64,000 bases of DNA from a virus. Within the stretch, counting starts at the first letter, position 1; every line of letters begins with the position of its first letter. Below the pieces are notes generated by a model that was not told the DNA's origin, ran no database searches, and worked only from the letters and a program-made list of their open reading frames with translations. Both the position numbers and the translations under genes were made by a program. The stretch spans positions 116,406-180,405 of IMG/VR virus record IMGVR_UViG_3300044712_002679. One strand, 5' to 3'. Shown here piece by piece: positions 23,327-33,355 of the stretch.

Positions 23327-23761
23327 TTATGTTAATTGTTGCTTATGATTCATCAACTTATAAAAATCATATTCAAAAATCATATTTTTTGGTATTGAAA
23401 AAGTTGAAAACATGTCAGCCATTTCTTGACACGAATAATTATTTAAATTATCACCAGTACCAGAATATGCTACAATAAATAGAAATTTTAATCCATTTTC
23501 ACTTTCAGCATATTCATATAATTCTTTAATTTGTTTAATTATAAAATCTTTTGAAATTGATGGATGTATTTTTTTTGTTAAATCTTTTGTTATAATTGCA
23601 TAAGAATTACCTTGTAATCCTGATGCTTGCCCGTAAATTGCCCCACATCTTAATCTTGCAAACAAAGCGGATCCTTTCCCGTGGCGACCTTGATTATTAG
23701 ATCCAAATACAAAAATTTGATTTGGTTTAATATTTTTTATTTTTCCTTTATAAACTAACAT
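23327..23761 (-). CDS. SLOG/DprA-LOG-like Rossmann-fold protein
   Basis: IFVFGSNNQGRHGKGSALFA...GLQGNSYAIITKD matches the FVFGSN..G.HG.G.A...G.SYAIpT signature seen in phage SLOG-type proteins (by memory of the pattern). Confidence 0.45.
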   Translation of the reverse strand: MLVYKGKIKNIKPNQIFVFGSNNQGRHGKGSALFARLRCGAIYGQASGLQGNSYAIITKDLTKKIHPSISKDFIIKQIKELYEYAESENGLKFLFIVAYSGTGDNLNNYSCQEMADMFSTFSIPKNMIFEYDFYKLMNHKQQLT

Positions 23762-23826
23762 AATATTATTTAATTCAATATTTTAAAAAAGTTTAACATT
23801 TATTGTACGATATTTAAAAACTTTTT

Positions 23827-23834
23827 TATATTTG
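23827..23834 (+). promoter_or_regulatory. -7 promoter box TATATTTG
   Basis: 47 nt upstream of ATG 23882 in a divergent intergenic region. Confidence 0.5.
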
Positions 23835-23881
23835 TCCACTAATATAGAATATTAATAATTTAAAAATTCAAAATAAACAAT

Positions 23882-25027
23882 ATGAGTGAAAATCAAGAAA
23901 ATATAAATTCTGAAAAAACATATAATAAGTTTTCTGTGAGATATATGTATACTAAAGATGAGTGTTATCAGGAATCATTAAATTATAATTCCCGAATTGA
24001 ATTCGCTAGGGAGTCAAAAAGTATTTATAAGTGTGCAGAATTGAATTGTTGGTTAAATGATTTTCCACATTTAAGAACAAAAGATACCCCAGTAAAAACA
24101 AGATATACTAAGTTTGAATGTTATAATATGTCATTGAAATGTAAAAACACAAGAGAATTTAAAGCTAAATATAAATTTTATTACATGTGTTCAGCATTAA
24201 ATGGTTGGTTGGATGAATTTAAATTAAACCAAAAAACTAAAACTAAAGAAAAATTAACAAAAGCACAATGTAAAAGATCAGCAAAAAATTATACTACCCG
24301 AAGTGAATTTGCAGCTAAAGGAAAAAAATATTATGAATTTGCTACTAAAAATGGATGGATAAAAGAAATATGTTCACATATGATTGAATCTGAACACGAT
24401 AAAAATTATTGGACAAAAGAAAATTGTAATAGTGAAGCCTTGATATATAAAACTAGAAAAGATTTTGAACTTGGGAATCCATCAGCTTATACACAATCAA
24501 AATTAAAGGGTTGGTTGGATGATATTTGTTCACATATGGAAATAGAAATTAAAGATGAATTTTGGACAAAACAACGTTGTCAAATTGAAGCTGCAAAATA
24601 TCCGAAAAAAAGTCATTTTTCTTATTATTCAGAACCAGCATATAGAATAGCAAGTCAAAATGGATGGTTAGATGATATATGTAAACATATGTTAGATGAT
24701 GATAATGAAAGATTTTTAAAACTAACAGAAAAAGAAATATGTTTCAATGAAGCTTTGAAATATTCTACAATGAAAGACTTTTTTGAAAATTCTCCTGAAA
24801 AATTTGAAAAATGTAGAATAAATAAATGGTTTTATGAAGCATGTAAACATATGCCATCACAAACTTTACCTGTTGATTATTGGACATATGAAAGATGTGC
24901 AATTGAAGCAAAAAAATATAAAACAATAAGAGATTTTAGATATCACGCTAAAGGTGCATACAATAAAATATTAGAATTCAAATGGAAAGAATTAGATCAG
25001 CATTTAAGAAATGATATTTCAATATGA
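23882..25027 (+). CDS. Tandem-repeat protein (7 x ~46-aa WTKE.C..EA.KY..R.EF......AY..A...GWLDDIC.HM)
   Basis: Seven successive repeats read in the translation; translationally coupled (ATGA overlap) to the primase gene. Confidence 0.75.
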   Translation: MSENQENINSEKTYNKFSVRYMYTKDECYQESLNYNSRIEFARESKSIYKCAELNCWLNDFPHLRTKDTPVKTRYTKFECYNMSLKCKNTREFKAKYKFYYMCSALNGWLDEFKLNQKTKTKEKLTKAQCKRSAKNYTTRSEFAAKGKKYYEFATKNGWIKEICSHMIESEHDKNYWTKENCNSEALIYKTRKDFELGNPSAYTQSKLKGWLDDICSHMEIEIKDEFWTKQRCQIEAAKYPKKSHFSYYSEPAYRIASQNGWLDDICKHMLDDDNERFLKLTEKEICFNEALKYSTMKDFFENSPEKFEKCRINKWFYEACKHMPSQTLPVDYWTYERCAIEAKKYKTIRDFRYHAKGAYNKILEFKWKELDQHLRNDISI

Positions 25028-26190
25028 CAGAAGAATTAGATAAAAGTTATATTAAGTCGGTTATTCAACTGATTTTAAATAAAGTTCACGTTGAACCACA
25101 GAAAAGAAACATTAAAGAATTTTCTGATAGATTTAATTTTGCTTGTCCAATATGTGGTGATAGTCATAAAAATATAAATGCAAAACGTGGAAATATGTAT
25201 TTCAATACGATGCATTATGTCTGTTTTAATGAAAAATGTGGTAGGTCATTTATAAAACTATTAAAAACATTTGAAGTTGATATTGATCTTCAAAAGAAAA
25301 TGGATATATATAATTATATTGATAATAATGTACATTGGAATAAAAAAGAAGATAATTATGTCTTGCAACGTCTTGATAAATTAATTGACATTGATTTTCT
25401 TATTGAAACTTTAAATAATAATCCATCATCGCAATTTTCAAAATTTGGACCAATTAAAACCAATTCAGCAGCATATCAATATTTGAAATTTGAACGGTTA
25501 ATTGATAACTTTGAAAATATATATGAAGCTGAATATACAGTAACACCTAAATGGAAAGAAAAAGTAATCGTCATTCTTAATAAAAGTGGTAATAAGGTAC
25601 TTGGATTACAAATACGTAACTTAAAATCTGGTGATAAAAGATGGTTTAAAATTTTTAATTTTGAAAAACTTCATAATATGGTTCATCCCGAAGATCCACT
25701 TGATGAACTTGAAGCATTATCTTATAATAAAATATCAAATTTTTATAATATATTAAATGTTGATTGGGATAAACCAGTAACTATATTTGAAGCTTATTTA
25801 GATTCAACATTTTTTCCCAACGCAATAGGTGCTATTGGACTAAATAGTATTAATGATATGGGGTTTTTATTAAGTGACGATCTTGATACCCGTTTTTTCT
25901 TTGATCAAGATGAAGTTGGAATAAAAAATTCAATAGTGATGTTAGACAAAGGTTATAAAGTATTTTTGTGGCAAAAATTGAATGTTGATTTTTTAAAAAA
26001 TAAAGTTGATAAATATCAAGCAGAAAAAATATTATTAAAAATAAAAGATTTAAATAAATTGGTACAGGATATGAAAAATACTGACCCTTATAATAAATTA
26101 AAATTAGATAAATATTTTTCAAATGACACATTTGATAAAATATATTTGGATTTTACAAAATACCCAAAAAATTCAAAATCTAAAAATTAA
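25024..26190 (+). CDS. DNA primase (Zn-ribbon + TOPRIM)
   Basis: CPICGDSHKNINAKRGNMYF...VCFNEKCG zinc ribbon; TOPRIM-like TIFEAYLDS and FFFDQDEVG. Confidence 0.7.
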   Translation: MTEELDKSYIKSVIQLILNKVHVEPQKRNIKEFSDRFNFACPICGDSHKNINAKRGNMYFNTMHYVCFNEKCGRSFIKLLKTFEVDIDLQKKMDIYNYIDNNVHWNKKEDNYVLQRLDKLIDIDFLIETLNNNPSSQFSKFGPIKTNSAAYQYLKFERLIDNFENIYEAEYTVTPKWKEKVIVILNKSGNKVLGLQIRNLKSGDKRWFKIFNFEKLHNMVHPEDPLDELEALSYNKISNFYNILNVDWDKPVTIFEAYLDSTFFPNAIGAIGLNSINDMGFLLSDDLDTRFFFDQDEVGIKNSIVMLDKGYKVFLWQKLNVDFLKNKVDKYQAEKILLKIKDLNKLVQDMKNTDPYNKLKLDKYFSNDTFDKIYLDFTKYPKNSKSKN

Positions 26191-27068
26191 TTTTCTTCGA
26201 AATATGAAAATTTGTGTAATTTTTTAATAAAAATTTGACCTTGCTTGCGTATATAAGCTTCCACTTTTTTAATATTCTTATTATCAAAATATTTTCCAAT
26301 ATTATTTTTTTCTGTTTTAGATAATTCATCAAAATTAAAATTAAAATTACACATATCTTTATAATACTTAAGTGGATATTTATTTTCTTCTTCTTTTATT
26401 GTATTTAATAAATTTTTGGATTTTTTCACTTTAAGATAAAATTCGTGTAATCTTGCGGATAATTCATCTTCGTTTGCCAAGTAACAATAAACTAAAAATT
26501 TTTTATATGATTCAGAACCATCGGTTGTTGAAGTTAAATCAGTAATTGATGCGATACTACCAAATCTAACTTCATGTATAAATAAGTCAACAATATCACC
26601 CTTAAAAATGCGTTTAGTATCATCTGAAAAAAATTCATTTCGACTACGAGAATATAATATCTTACTTTTAATAGTTCTATCTACTAAATGTTTAATTTCG
26701 TGAGTTAATAGTTCTTTAGTATCATATTCTTTATTTTCAATACCCAACATTATATCAACATAATATTTATTTCTTTTGTTTTTTTGTTTTTTTGGTATAA
26801 TATTAACTGAAGCTATTGCTCGATTATAATATATACTAACTATAATATTACTTATAAAAACTAATTCTGTATTTTTTAATTGCCATGATCCATTAATATA
26901 AACTTCATTGGGCTTTAAAATATTTATATTAAATTCTGAAATATCAACAATTGTTTGGGTTTCTTTTTTATCAATCGCATCTTCAATTTGTTTCCACATT
27001 TTTTCGACAATTTCAAGTGTTAATTTATTTACACCCAATTTTTCAAATATTTTAAAAGTTGTTATCAT
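26187..27068 (-). CDS. Hypothetical protein with HExxH motif (possible metallopeptidase)
   Basis: LLTHEIKHLVDR; no other support. Confidence 0.35.
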   Translation of the reverse strand: MITTFKIFEKLGVNKLTLEIVEKMWKQIEDAIDKKETQTIVDISEFNINILKPNEVYINGSWQLKNTELVFISNIIVSIYYNRAIASVNIIPKKQKNKRNKYYVDIMLGIENKEYDTKELLTHEIKHLVDRTIKSKILYSRSRNEFFSDDTKRIFKGDIVDLFIHEVRFGSIASITDLTSTTDGSESYKKFLVYCYLANEDELSARLHEFYLKVKKSKNLLNTIKEEENKYPLKYYKDMCNFNFNFDELSKTEKNNIGKYFDNKNIKKVEAYIRKQGQIFIKKLHKFSYFEEN

Positions 27069-28525
27069 AATTCAATAATTTTGATTTTTTTCTTTTTACA
27101 CAATGAAATCAATTTTTCTTTATTTTCTTGGTCTGATTCAGATACTTTAAGATAGTTATCAGTTAATCTGATTTCTTTAATGTAATTTATTGGTATTTTA
27201 TTTGCATGAATTTGAATTTCCGAATATAAATTATAAAATCTATCCCCTTCGATAAATACTTTACCTTTACTTGTTTCAAAAACACGACCATCATTTTTAT
27301 GATTTAAATTTTCTAAAATTGTTTTTGATTCATATTTATATTCTGGATAAAATTTTTCTTTTACTAAATTTGAATAAATTTTTTTTAATTCTTTTTTCTT
27401 ATATATTGTATCCACATTTTCTGCCACACTATCCAATAATGTAAAAGTCACTTTAAATTTTTCATAAATAGATGGTTTAAAATATATCATAACCGAACCA
27501 TGACCAGTTTCATATCCACCATCATTAAACCAATCCGGAATACAAAATATCAAATCTTCTGTTCCAAATTTTTCAAGTTCAATTTCTTTTCTTTCATTCC
27601 ACCAAGTTTCATTTTCATCTATAATTTGAATTTCTTTTTTTAATTCATTTCTACTCATCAAAAATCCTTTTTCAAGTATTGATATTACGGATTCATATGA
27701 TGATAAGTGTCTAGCAAATGGATATTCATCATTTTCAGCATCATTTTCAGCATCATTTTCAGCATCATTTTCAGCATCATTTTCAGCATCATTTTCAGCA
27801 TCATTTTCAGCATCATTTTCAGCATCATTAAATAATATACCAATTCCTTGTATTTGATTATTATTAGTTTGATATGTAAATTCTTTATATATTTTACCTT
27901 CTTTAATTTCATTCCAAAATTTAACAACACCTGGACAAGTTGAATCGTTAATGTCATGAAACATAACGATTTTAGCATATTTACCCAAATTTTCATAATC
28001 GGTAGATACACCTTCATATGAATGATCAGCATCAATAAATATAAAATCATATTTTTGACCTTTAAAATCTTCACTTGTTCCTATATGTAAATTAATGTAT
28101 TGTTTTATATCTTCAGTTAATCCTTTATCTGAAATATCAACACCAATAGATTTTAAATTTGGATTTTTGAGTTTTAAAATATTATCAATTAATATATGGG
28201 TTCCACCTTTAAATATACCCACCTCAACATATGTATTTATATCATATTTCAACAATTCTAATAAAGCATCAGCTATTTGTTTTGGGGTTTGAAACATAGC
28301 TTCTTCGTTTCTATCATAAACCATATATTGATTCCATTCACCATAACCATCTCTATCTTCTACACATAAACCATAATCGCAAACTAAATTTATAATATCA
28401 ACTTCTTTAATATCGGTCGCATTTAATTTAGAAATACTTTCAATTAATTTTTTATTTTTACTAAATTTGTTATCTTCAAATATATTTATATTTTTGTGCG
28501 TGAAATCACTAAACCGTTTAATCAT
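27065..28525 (-). CDS. Class I SAM-dependent methyltransferase fused through an (NDAE)x8 linker to an unknown C-terminal domain
   Basis: VEVGIFKGGTHILI...IGVDISD...YDFIFIDADHSYEGV...MFHDI (MT motifs); C-terminal FARHLSSYESVISILEKGFLMSRNEL; start set at ATG 28525. Confidence 0.65.
   Translation of the reverse strand: MIKRFSDFTHKNINIFEDNKFSKNKKLIESISKLNATDIKEVDIINLVCDYGLCVEDRDGYGEWNQYMVYDRNEEAMFQTPKQIADALLELLKYDINTYVEVGIFKGGTHILIDNILKLKNPNLKSIGVDISDKGLTEDIKQYINLHIGTSEDFKGQKYDFIFIDADHSYEGVSTDYENLGKYAKIVMFHDINDSTCPGVVKFWNEIKEGKIYKEFTYQTNNNQIQGIGILFNDAENDAENDAENDAENDAENDAENDAENDAENDEYPFARHLSSYESVISILEKGFLMSRNELKKEIQIIDENETWWNERKEIELEKFGTEDLIFCIPDWFNDGGYETGHGSVMIYFKPSIYEKFKVTFTLLDSVAENVDTIYKKKELKKIYSNLVKEKFYPEYKYESKTILENLNHKNDGRVFETSKGKVFIEGDRFYNLYSEIQIHANKIPINYIKEIRLTDNYLKVSESDQENKEKLISLCKKKKIKIIEL
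27727..27822. repeat. 12-bp tandem repeat x8 (CATCATTTTCAG), in-frame (NDAE x8)
   Basis: Read directly in sequence. Confidence 0.95.
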
Positions 28526-28620
28526 AATCAAAAAATCTATTTTACATATATATAAAAAAATTAAACAACATTCTAATAAAAAAAACATATATAAAACTGT
28601 ACAATAAATAAAAAATATTA

Positions 28621-29154
28621 ATGAAGCAAAAAGAATCAGAAAACAGAATTAATTATTCAATTAAAGATTTAACCGTAAGGTTAGTTGGTGATAATGTTAC
28701 AAATGGTGTAATTGACACTAAAAGTGCAATAAAATTGGCTAGAGATATGGAATTAGATTTGGTCGAAATTTCGGGTCCAGTTAACGGAAATCCATCAATT
28801 TGCAAAATAGTTGACTATCAAAAATATCTTTACGACAAAAAGAAAAAAGATAAAGATCAAAAGAAAAAGCAAAAATTAAGTCAGTCAGAAGTCAAAGAAA
28901 TTAGAATGACCCCGCATACTGATGAACACGATTTTAATTTTAAATTAAATCATGCTAAAAACTTCTTAACCAATAACGATAAAGTATTAGTTTCAGTATT
29001 CTTTAAGGGTAGAGAAATATCATATAAAGAACAAGGTCAAATTGTTTTATTAAAATTTGCAAAGGAATTGGAAGATATTGGCATACCTGAGTATTTACCT
29101 AAACTAGAAGGAAAAAAAATGCTAATGATGATTAAACCTAAACCAAAAAAATAA
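28621..29154 (+). CDS. infC: Translation initiation factor IF-3
   Basis: RINYSIKDLTVRLVGDN...MELDLVEIS...PSICKIVDYQKYLYDKKKK...VKEIRMTPHTDEHDFNFKLNHAKNFL...VFFKGREISYKEQG aligns along the full length with E. coli IF3. Confidence 0.9.
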   Translation: MKQKESENRINYSIKDLTVRLVGDNVTNGVIDTKSAIKLARDMELDLVEISGPVNGNPSICKIVDYQKYLYDKKKKDKDQKKKQKLSQSEVKEIRMTPHTDEHDFNFKLNHAKNFLTNNDKVLVSVFFKGREISYKEQGQIVLLKFAKELEDIGIPEYLPKLEGKKMLMMIKPKPKK

Positions 29155-29157
29155 AAA

Positions 29158-29173
29158 AGCAGAATAATCTGCT
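29158..29173. terminator. Terminator hairpin between convergent genes
   Basis: AGCAGA ATAA TCTGCT with A-run and T-run. Confidence 0.65.
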
Positions 29174-29183
29174 TTTTTATTTT

Positions 29184-29606
29184 TTAAAATTGGGGAATAT
29201 CACGCTTATTTATATTAATATTATAATCTTTTAATATATTAAACATTATATTTGCTGTTTTTCTATCTGCATATAGAGAATTACGAATACTATTATTATA
29301 ATATATTACATTGTTTTCAATATTAAATGTTATATTTTGAATTCGTACATCTTGAATTTCACCTGTTCCAATTAAGCATAACATTTTAGGATGTGGTAAT
29401 TCAATTTTAAACACATTAAAAAGAAATGGTGTCGTATCATCATCTACTGGTTTAAAAGTTATAGAATCACTTATATATTTTTTTAAAATTAAATCAGATG
29501 CCATTTTTATATATTGTTTATGTCTAAGATCATCATAATTTTTAACTTTATCTATATATGAATTATATGTGTTGACCATTAATTCATTAAATTTAAAAAT
29601 TTTCAT
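29184..29606 (-). CDS. Hypothetical protein
   Basis: 140-aa ORF. Confidence 0.6.
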   Translation of the reverse strand: MKIFKFNELMVNTYNSYIDKVKNYDDLRHKQYIKMASDLILKKYISDSITFKPVDDDTTPFLFNVFKIELPHPKMLCLIGTGEIQDVRIQNITFNIENNVIYYNNSIRNSLYADRKTANIMFNILKDYNININKRDIPQF

Positions 29607-29649
29607 ATTATTTTTTTTAATATATATATTAATTTAAAAATGATAAAAT

Positions 29650-30456
29650 ATGATAAAATTATTTGAAAAATGGTTAATTTTTGAAAGATTAAATTCTGCT
29701 AAAGGTCGAAATATGATGAAATTGGTCGATTATTTTGAAAAATCCATCAAAGAAAAAGAAGCAGAATTACCAGAATTCTTTCAAATACATTATCCCCACA
29801 TATTCGATAATTGGGCTTTAGAAAATTCAAACTATTTTGTAGAATTAGATGAATATGATTCAGAAGAAGAAGCATATGAAAATGTTATATATCCAACAAC
29901 ATATTATGAATTAGAATCTGATATTCTAGAAAAATACAAAAATTTTTTAATTGAAATTGTTGATAATGTTTTTAAAAAAAATCCATATAATTTAGATTTG
30001 TGTATATTACCATTATATGTAACATATACTTATGAAGATGATGTAATTGATGGGTGGCTAGTTCATTTTACTGATTATGAAAAAAATATTAAATCTATAC
30101 TAAAATCACAACACTTCCAAGGAATTCCAAATATGTATAATTTAGCAATAACAAGCACAAATGAAGATGATTATAGTGAAGATGGTTATTGTTTTGGATT
30201 TGATATATCTGATGTATATGAAAATTTTAAAGATGGATATTCACATTATGGTAATTTTGGTATTTTATTTAAATCTAGTGGAATAAAACTTTACCATAAT
30301 GGTGATGATGAACATCAAGTAGTATTCATTGGAAATCAAGTCAGTAATTTAATTCCTTTTTGGTATGATCCAAATACAAAAGAACTTTACAATAAAAATA
30401 AGACTATTAGGTCAAATGATTATGAATACTTTTTTGAACAAATCATTGAATCTTAA
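29650..30456 (+). CDS. Hypothetical protein
   Basis: 268-aa ORF; WLVHFTDYEKNIKSILKS resembles the HFT..N..sIL motif of 402..1793. Confidence 0.65.
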   Translation: MIKLFEKWLIFERLNSAKGRNMMKLVDYFEKSIKEKEAELPEFFQIHYPHIFDNWALENSNYFVELDEYDSEEEAYENVIYPTTYYELESDILEKYKNFLIEIVDNVFKKNPYNLDLCILPLYVTYTYEDDVIDGWLVHFTDYEKNIKSILKSQHFQGIPNMYNLAITSTNEDDYSEDGYCFGFDISDVYENFKDGYSHYGNFGILFKSSGIKLYHNGDDEHQVVFIGNQVSNLIPFWYDPNTKELYNKNKTIRSNDYEYFFEQIIES

Positions 30457-30707
30457 TTGTTGTGCTTATTATAATATTTAGATACAGTATAATTAAACCA
30501 ATTTTTTGCAACTAAGTTAGCTTCGATTGAATAAATTAATAAATCCTTTATTTTATTGAGAAAATTATAAGTCATTTCATTTTGAAACATAACATTAGAA
30601 AAAGAATTTTTAATTAAACCATCTTCATAATCAAAGCCAGATTTAATATTATCATTTATATGTTTTAATTCATATAATTCTTTTATTTGTATATCTTTTT
30701 CTATCAT
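30453..30707 (-). CDS. Hypothetical protein
   Basis: 84-aa ORF. Confidence 0.5.
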   Translation of the reverse strand: MIEKDIQIKELYELKHINDNIKSGFDYEDGLIKNSFSNVMFQNEMTYNFLNKIKDLLIYSIEANLVAKNWFNYTVSKYYNKHNN

Positions 30708-30716
30708 AGTATGTTA

Positions 30717-31307
30717 TTATTTTGTGTTTAAATCAAATTCCACTATTTTATCTTTTGGTTTGATTGTTATTATATTAACAATTTTTTTCATATTATATAA
30801 CACCATCATTTTACCATTACCAAATGGATTATTCATTAAATCGTAATCTACTCCATTTTTAATATAAAATTCCCTAAGATATTTGGTATTTGTTGATTTT
30901 ATTGCTTTTTCATTTAAAATAATGTTATTAAAAATATATCCTGGAACTTTACCATCTTTGATATATTTTTCTAATCTATTCATTACCATTTTTTTCAAAC
31001 TTCCAATTACATAAAATTTTATAAATTCTTTAACCTTTTCAATATCTAAAAATACTTTATTAATATCAACACCATATTCAACTGTAATCAAATATAATTT
31101 TCGACTTCCTTTTGCATATCGTATTGCGGTACTATAATCTGTTGCTATATATAAACCAGCACCATACTCATATCTACCATTTTTTTGTGCAATAATATCA
31201 TCATAATGGTCAAGATTTCCACCATGCCAAAAATTCATAGTGTTTGGTATGTTGGGTGGAAAAATTTCTTCTTCGTTTAATTTGAATTTATCAAATTGTA
31301 ATATCAT
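30717..31307 (-). CDS. Hypothetical protein (possible PARP/ART-like H-Y-E fold)
   Basis: FWHGGNLDH...YGAGLYIATDYSTAIRYA resembles hWHGs...G.GiYfA...S.s..Y of PARP-type ARTs; weak. Confidence 0.3.
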   Translation of the reverse strand: MILQFDKFKLNEEEIFPPNIPNTMNFWHGGNLDHYDDIIAQKNGRYEYGAGLYIATDYSTAIRYAKGSRKLYLITVEYGVDINKVFLDIEKVKEFIKFYVIGSLKKMVMNRLEKYIKDGKVPGYIFNNIILNEKAIKSTNTKYLREFYIKNGVDYDLMNNPFGNGKMMVLYNMKKIVNIITIKPKDKIVEFDLNTK

Positions 31308-31630
31308 AAACTACTTTTTCTTTCGATTGCTTCAGCAGATGGTATTTTATCAGTTACATATTCAATTAGATTTGATAATGATTCAACTTCATCTTTAACA
31401 TCATCATCTGATGATTCCATTTTTAAATACACATCATATGATTCATTGCCTACTTTATCAATTTCAATTTTTCTGATTTCTCCAGATTTGGGTATATAAA
31501 AAAATAAAGATTCGTCACCTCTTTGTAATTGAAATCCAAGTGTTTCTAATTTATCCATTTCTATTTCATTCCAAGCTGTATCACTTTTTGATTTTTTAAA
31601 AAACCCTTCATAAGTTTTAATTATTTTCAT
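31304..31630 (-). CDS. Hypothetical protein
   Basis: 108-aa ORF, 4-nt overlaps with both neighbours. Confidence 0.55.
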   Translation of the reverse strand: MKIIKTYEGFFKKSKSDTAWNEIEMDKLETLGFQLQRGDESLFFYIPKSGEIRKIEIDKVGNESYDVYLKMESSDDDVKDEVESLSNLIEYVTDKIPSAEAIERKSSL

Positions 31631-31908
31631 ATTATATTATATTTTTTTCCTTTCATTAAAATATCTAAATCTTTTGGATATAAATTTTCTGTTGTTGTTT
31701 TTTTAAGAAATACGGTATTATCTATTTTTTGATATTTTTTAAGTAATTTATACATATCATTTAAATCATATGGATTATATTTAATTGTATTTCCAAATTT
31801 ATCATTTGGTGTATCAAGTAATTCTTCATCATTATATTTATCTAAATGAAATAATTCATACTGTATATCTTCATCTATTTGAAAATTTTCAAATTTTTTT
31901 AAAATCAT
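31627..31908 (-). CDS. Hypothetical protein
   Basis: 93-aa ORF, 4-nt overlaps. Confidence 0.55.
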   Translation of the reverse strand: MILKKFENFQIDEDIQYELFHLDKYNDEELLDTPNDKFGNTIKYNPYDLNDMYKLLKKYQKIDNTVFLKKTTTENLYPKDLDILMKGKKYNII

Positions 31909-32453
31909 ACTGTTAATTTATCTTTTTTGTTACTCCAAATATAATAACCTTGATATTCATTTTCATATACCATTCCACCCAACGTTGATATGACATTTAA
32001 TGTTGTATCAAACGTTATTGTTTGTTGAAAAGTGTATTTTAATGATTCTTTATCAATAAAAGATAATGGTTTTAATTTAATACCAAATATATCCAATGAA
32101 TCTGGAATATCTGAATAAAATTCCGACAAAGCATAAGTTACTAAGTTTTCTCTAATATTTTCAATATCTTCTTTATCAAAAATATAACATTTAAATATTA
32201 CACGTTCAGAACCAAGAATATCGCCTGTTATATCATTTAGTTTATATAAATGTTTTTTCTTATCTAACAAATCCACATATTGATCATATGTTTTATAATA
32301 ATCAACAAGTGTTTTAGTATATTTATTTCCAGCTAATTTAATATTATAGAAAAATTCGTCTATTTTAACATTTGGAATTTGAAATTCGTATAACGAATTC
32401 CATTCTGTAAATTTTGTAATATTTAATGTTTCTTTCATATTTTTTTCATTCAA
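31905..32453 (-). CDS. Hypothetical protein
   Basis: 182-aa ORF. Confidence 0.6.
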   Translation of the reverse strand: MNEKNMKETLNITKFTEWNSLYEFQIPNVKIDEFFYNIKLAGNKYTKTLVDYYKTYDQYVDLLDKKKHLYKLNDITGDILGSERVIFKCYIFDKEDIENIRENLVTYALSEFYSDIPDSLDIFGIKLKPLSFIDKESLKYTFQQTITFDTTLNVISTLGGMVYENEYQGYYIWSNKKDKLTV

Positions 32454-32455
32454 TT

Positions 32456-32776
32456 TTAAATTAAATTAAAAGAATTAAATTCTTTTATATGTTTCAATTT
32501 TTTATTTTTGGAATTATCATCTTTTTCTTTAGCTATAAAATCATCTAAAATTTCATTTAATATTTCTTTCACTAATTGATGATATTCTATTTCATCTTTC
32601 ACTAGATTTATTCCTTTGTTCTTGATATCTTCTAAAATATCATTGAATCTTTTATTGTTTTTATAATATTTTTTAAGTGAACTTGGTTTTGCTCCTTTTT
32701 TAATATAAAAACTAATAATTGGATATAATTCTTTAAATATGTCCGATTTAGCTTGTTTTTTTATTGATTTTTCCAT
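32456..32776 (-). CDS. Hypothetical protein
   Basis: 106-aa Lys-rich ORF. Confidence 0.55.
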   Translation of the reverse strand: MEKSIKKQAKSDIFKELYPIISFYIKKGAKPSSLKKYYKNNKRFNDILEDIKNKGINLVKDEIEYHQLVKEILNEILDDFIAKEKDDNSKNKKLKHIKEFNSFNLI

Positions 32777-32896
32777 ATTCTATATATATAATTTTAAAAT
32801 TTTCATTTTTATATATATCATATGATTATATGGTGAAAATTGAATTGTCCTGTGTAGTAAATTCTAGAACAATCATAAATATGGATTACCTAAAAA

Positions 32897-33355
32897 TTAA
32901 ATTAATGATTGAAATTTTACATATTTTTTAGGACACAAATAAAAATTTCGATAACTTTTTTCTTTTTTATCATACAATTCTTTAAAAAACCAATTTTTAT
33001 ATGTACTACTATATATTATTAAACACTTGGTTTTAGAAGCATTTAATATTATATAGCAATATAATGTCCTTATATTTCTTTTATCTATTTTATATTTTTC
33101 ATCAACAATTATATCTTGGTATGGTACATCATCAAATGTCATAAAATCTATTTCTTTCCATTGTTTGACTTCAACCCGCATTGATATTTTTATATCACCA
33201 TCATCAGTATGTTCATATCTCGATTCTTCATCTGGTGTTACAGTATATGGTAAAATCTCACTATCAAAACCCAATTTTGTCATCCAATTATTAACAACAA
33301 TTGTTGCTTTTTTAGCATCATTTAAATTTTGCGTAAAAATGTTTCTGGGTTTCAT
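32897..33355 (-). CDS. Hypothetical protein, possible PD-(D/E)xK nuclease
   Basis: HTDDGDIKISMRVEVKQW fits D..(n)..E.K; 4-nt overlap with the polB fragment. Confidence 0.35.
   Translation of the reverse strand: MKPRNIFTQNLNDAKKATIVVNNWMTKLGFDSEILPYTVTPDEESRYEHTDDGDIKISMRVEVKQWKEIDFMTFDDVPYQDIIVDEKYKIDKRNIRTLYCYIILNASKTKCLIIYSSTYKNWFFKELYDKKEKSYRNFYLCPKKYVKFQSLI

Noticed and set aside
27685-28074. ORF 27685..28074 with (MLKM)n repeat.
   Set aside because: It is an alternative frame of the NDAE repeat inside the longer, motif-bearing ORF 27065..28525.
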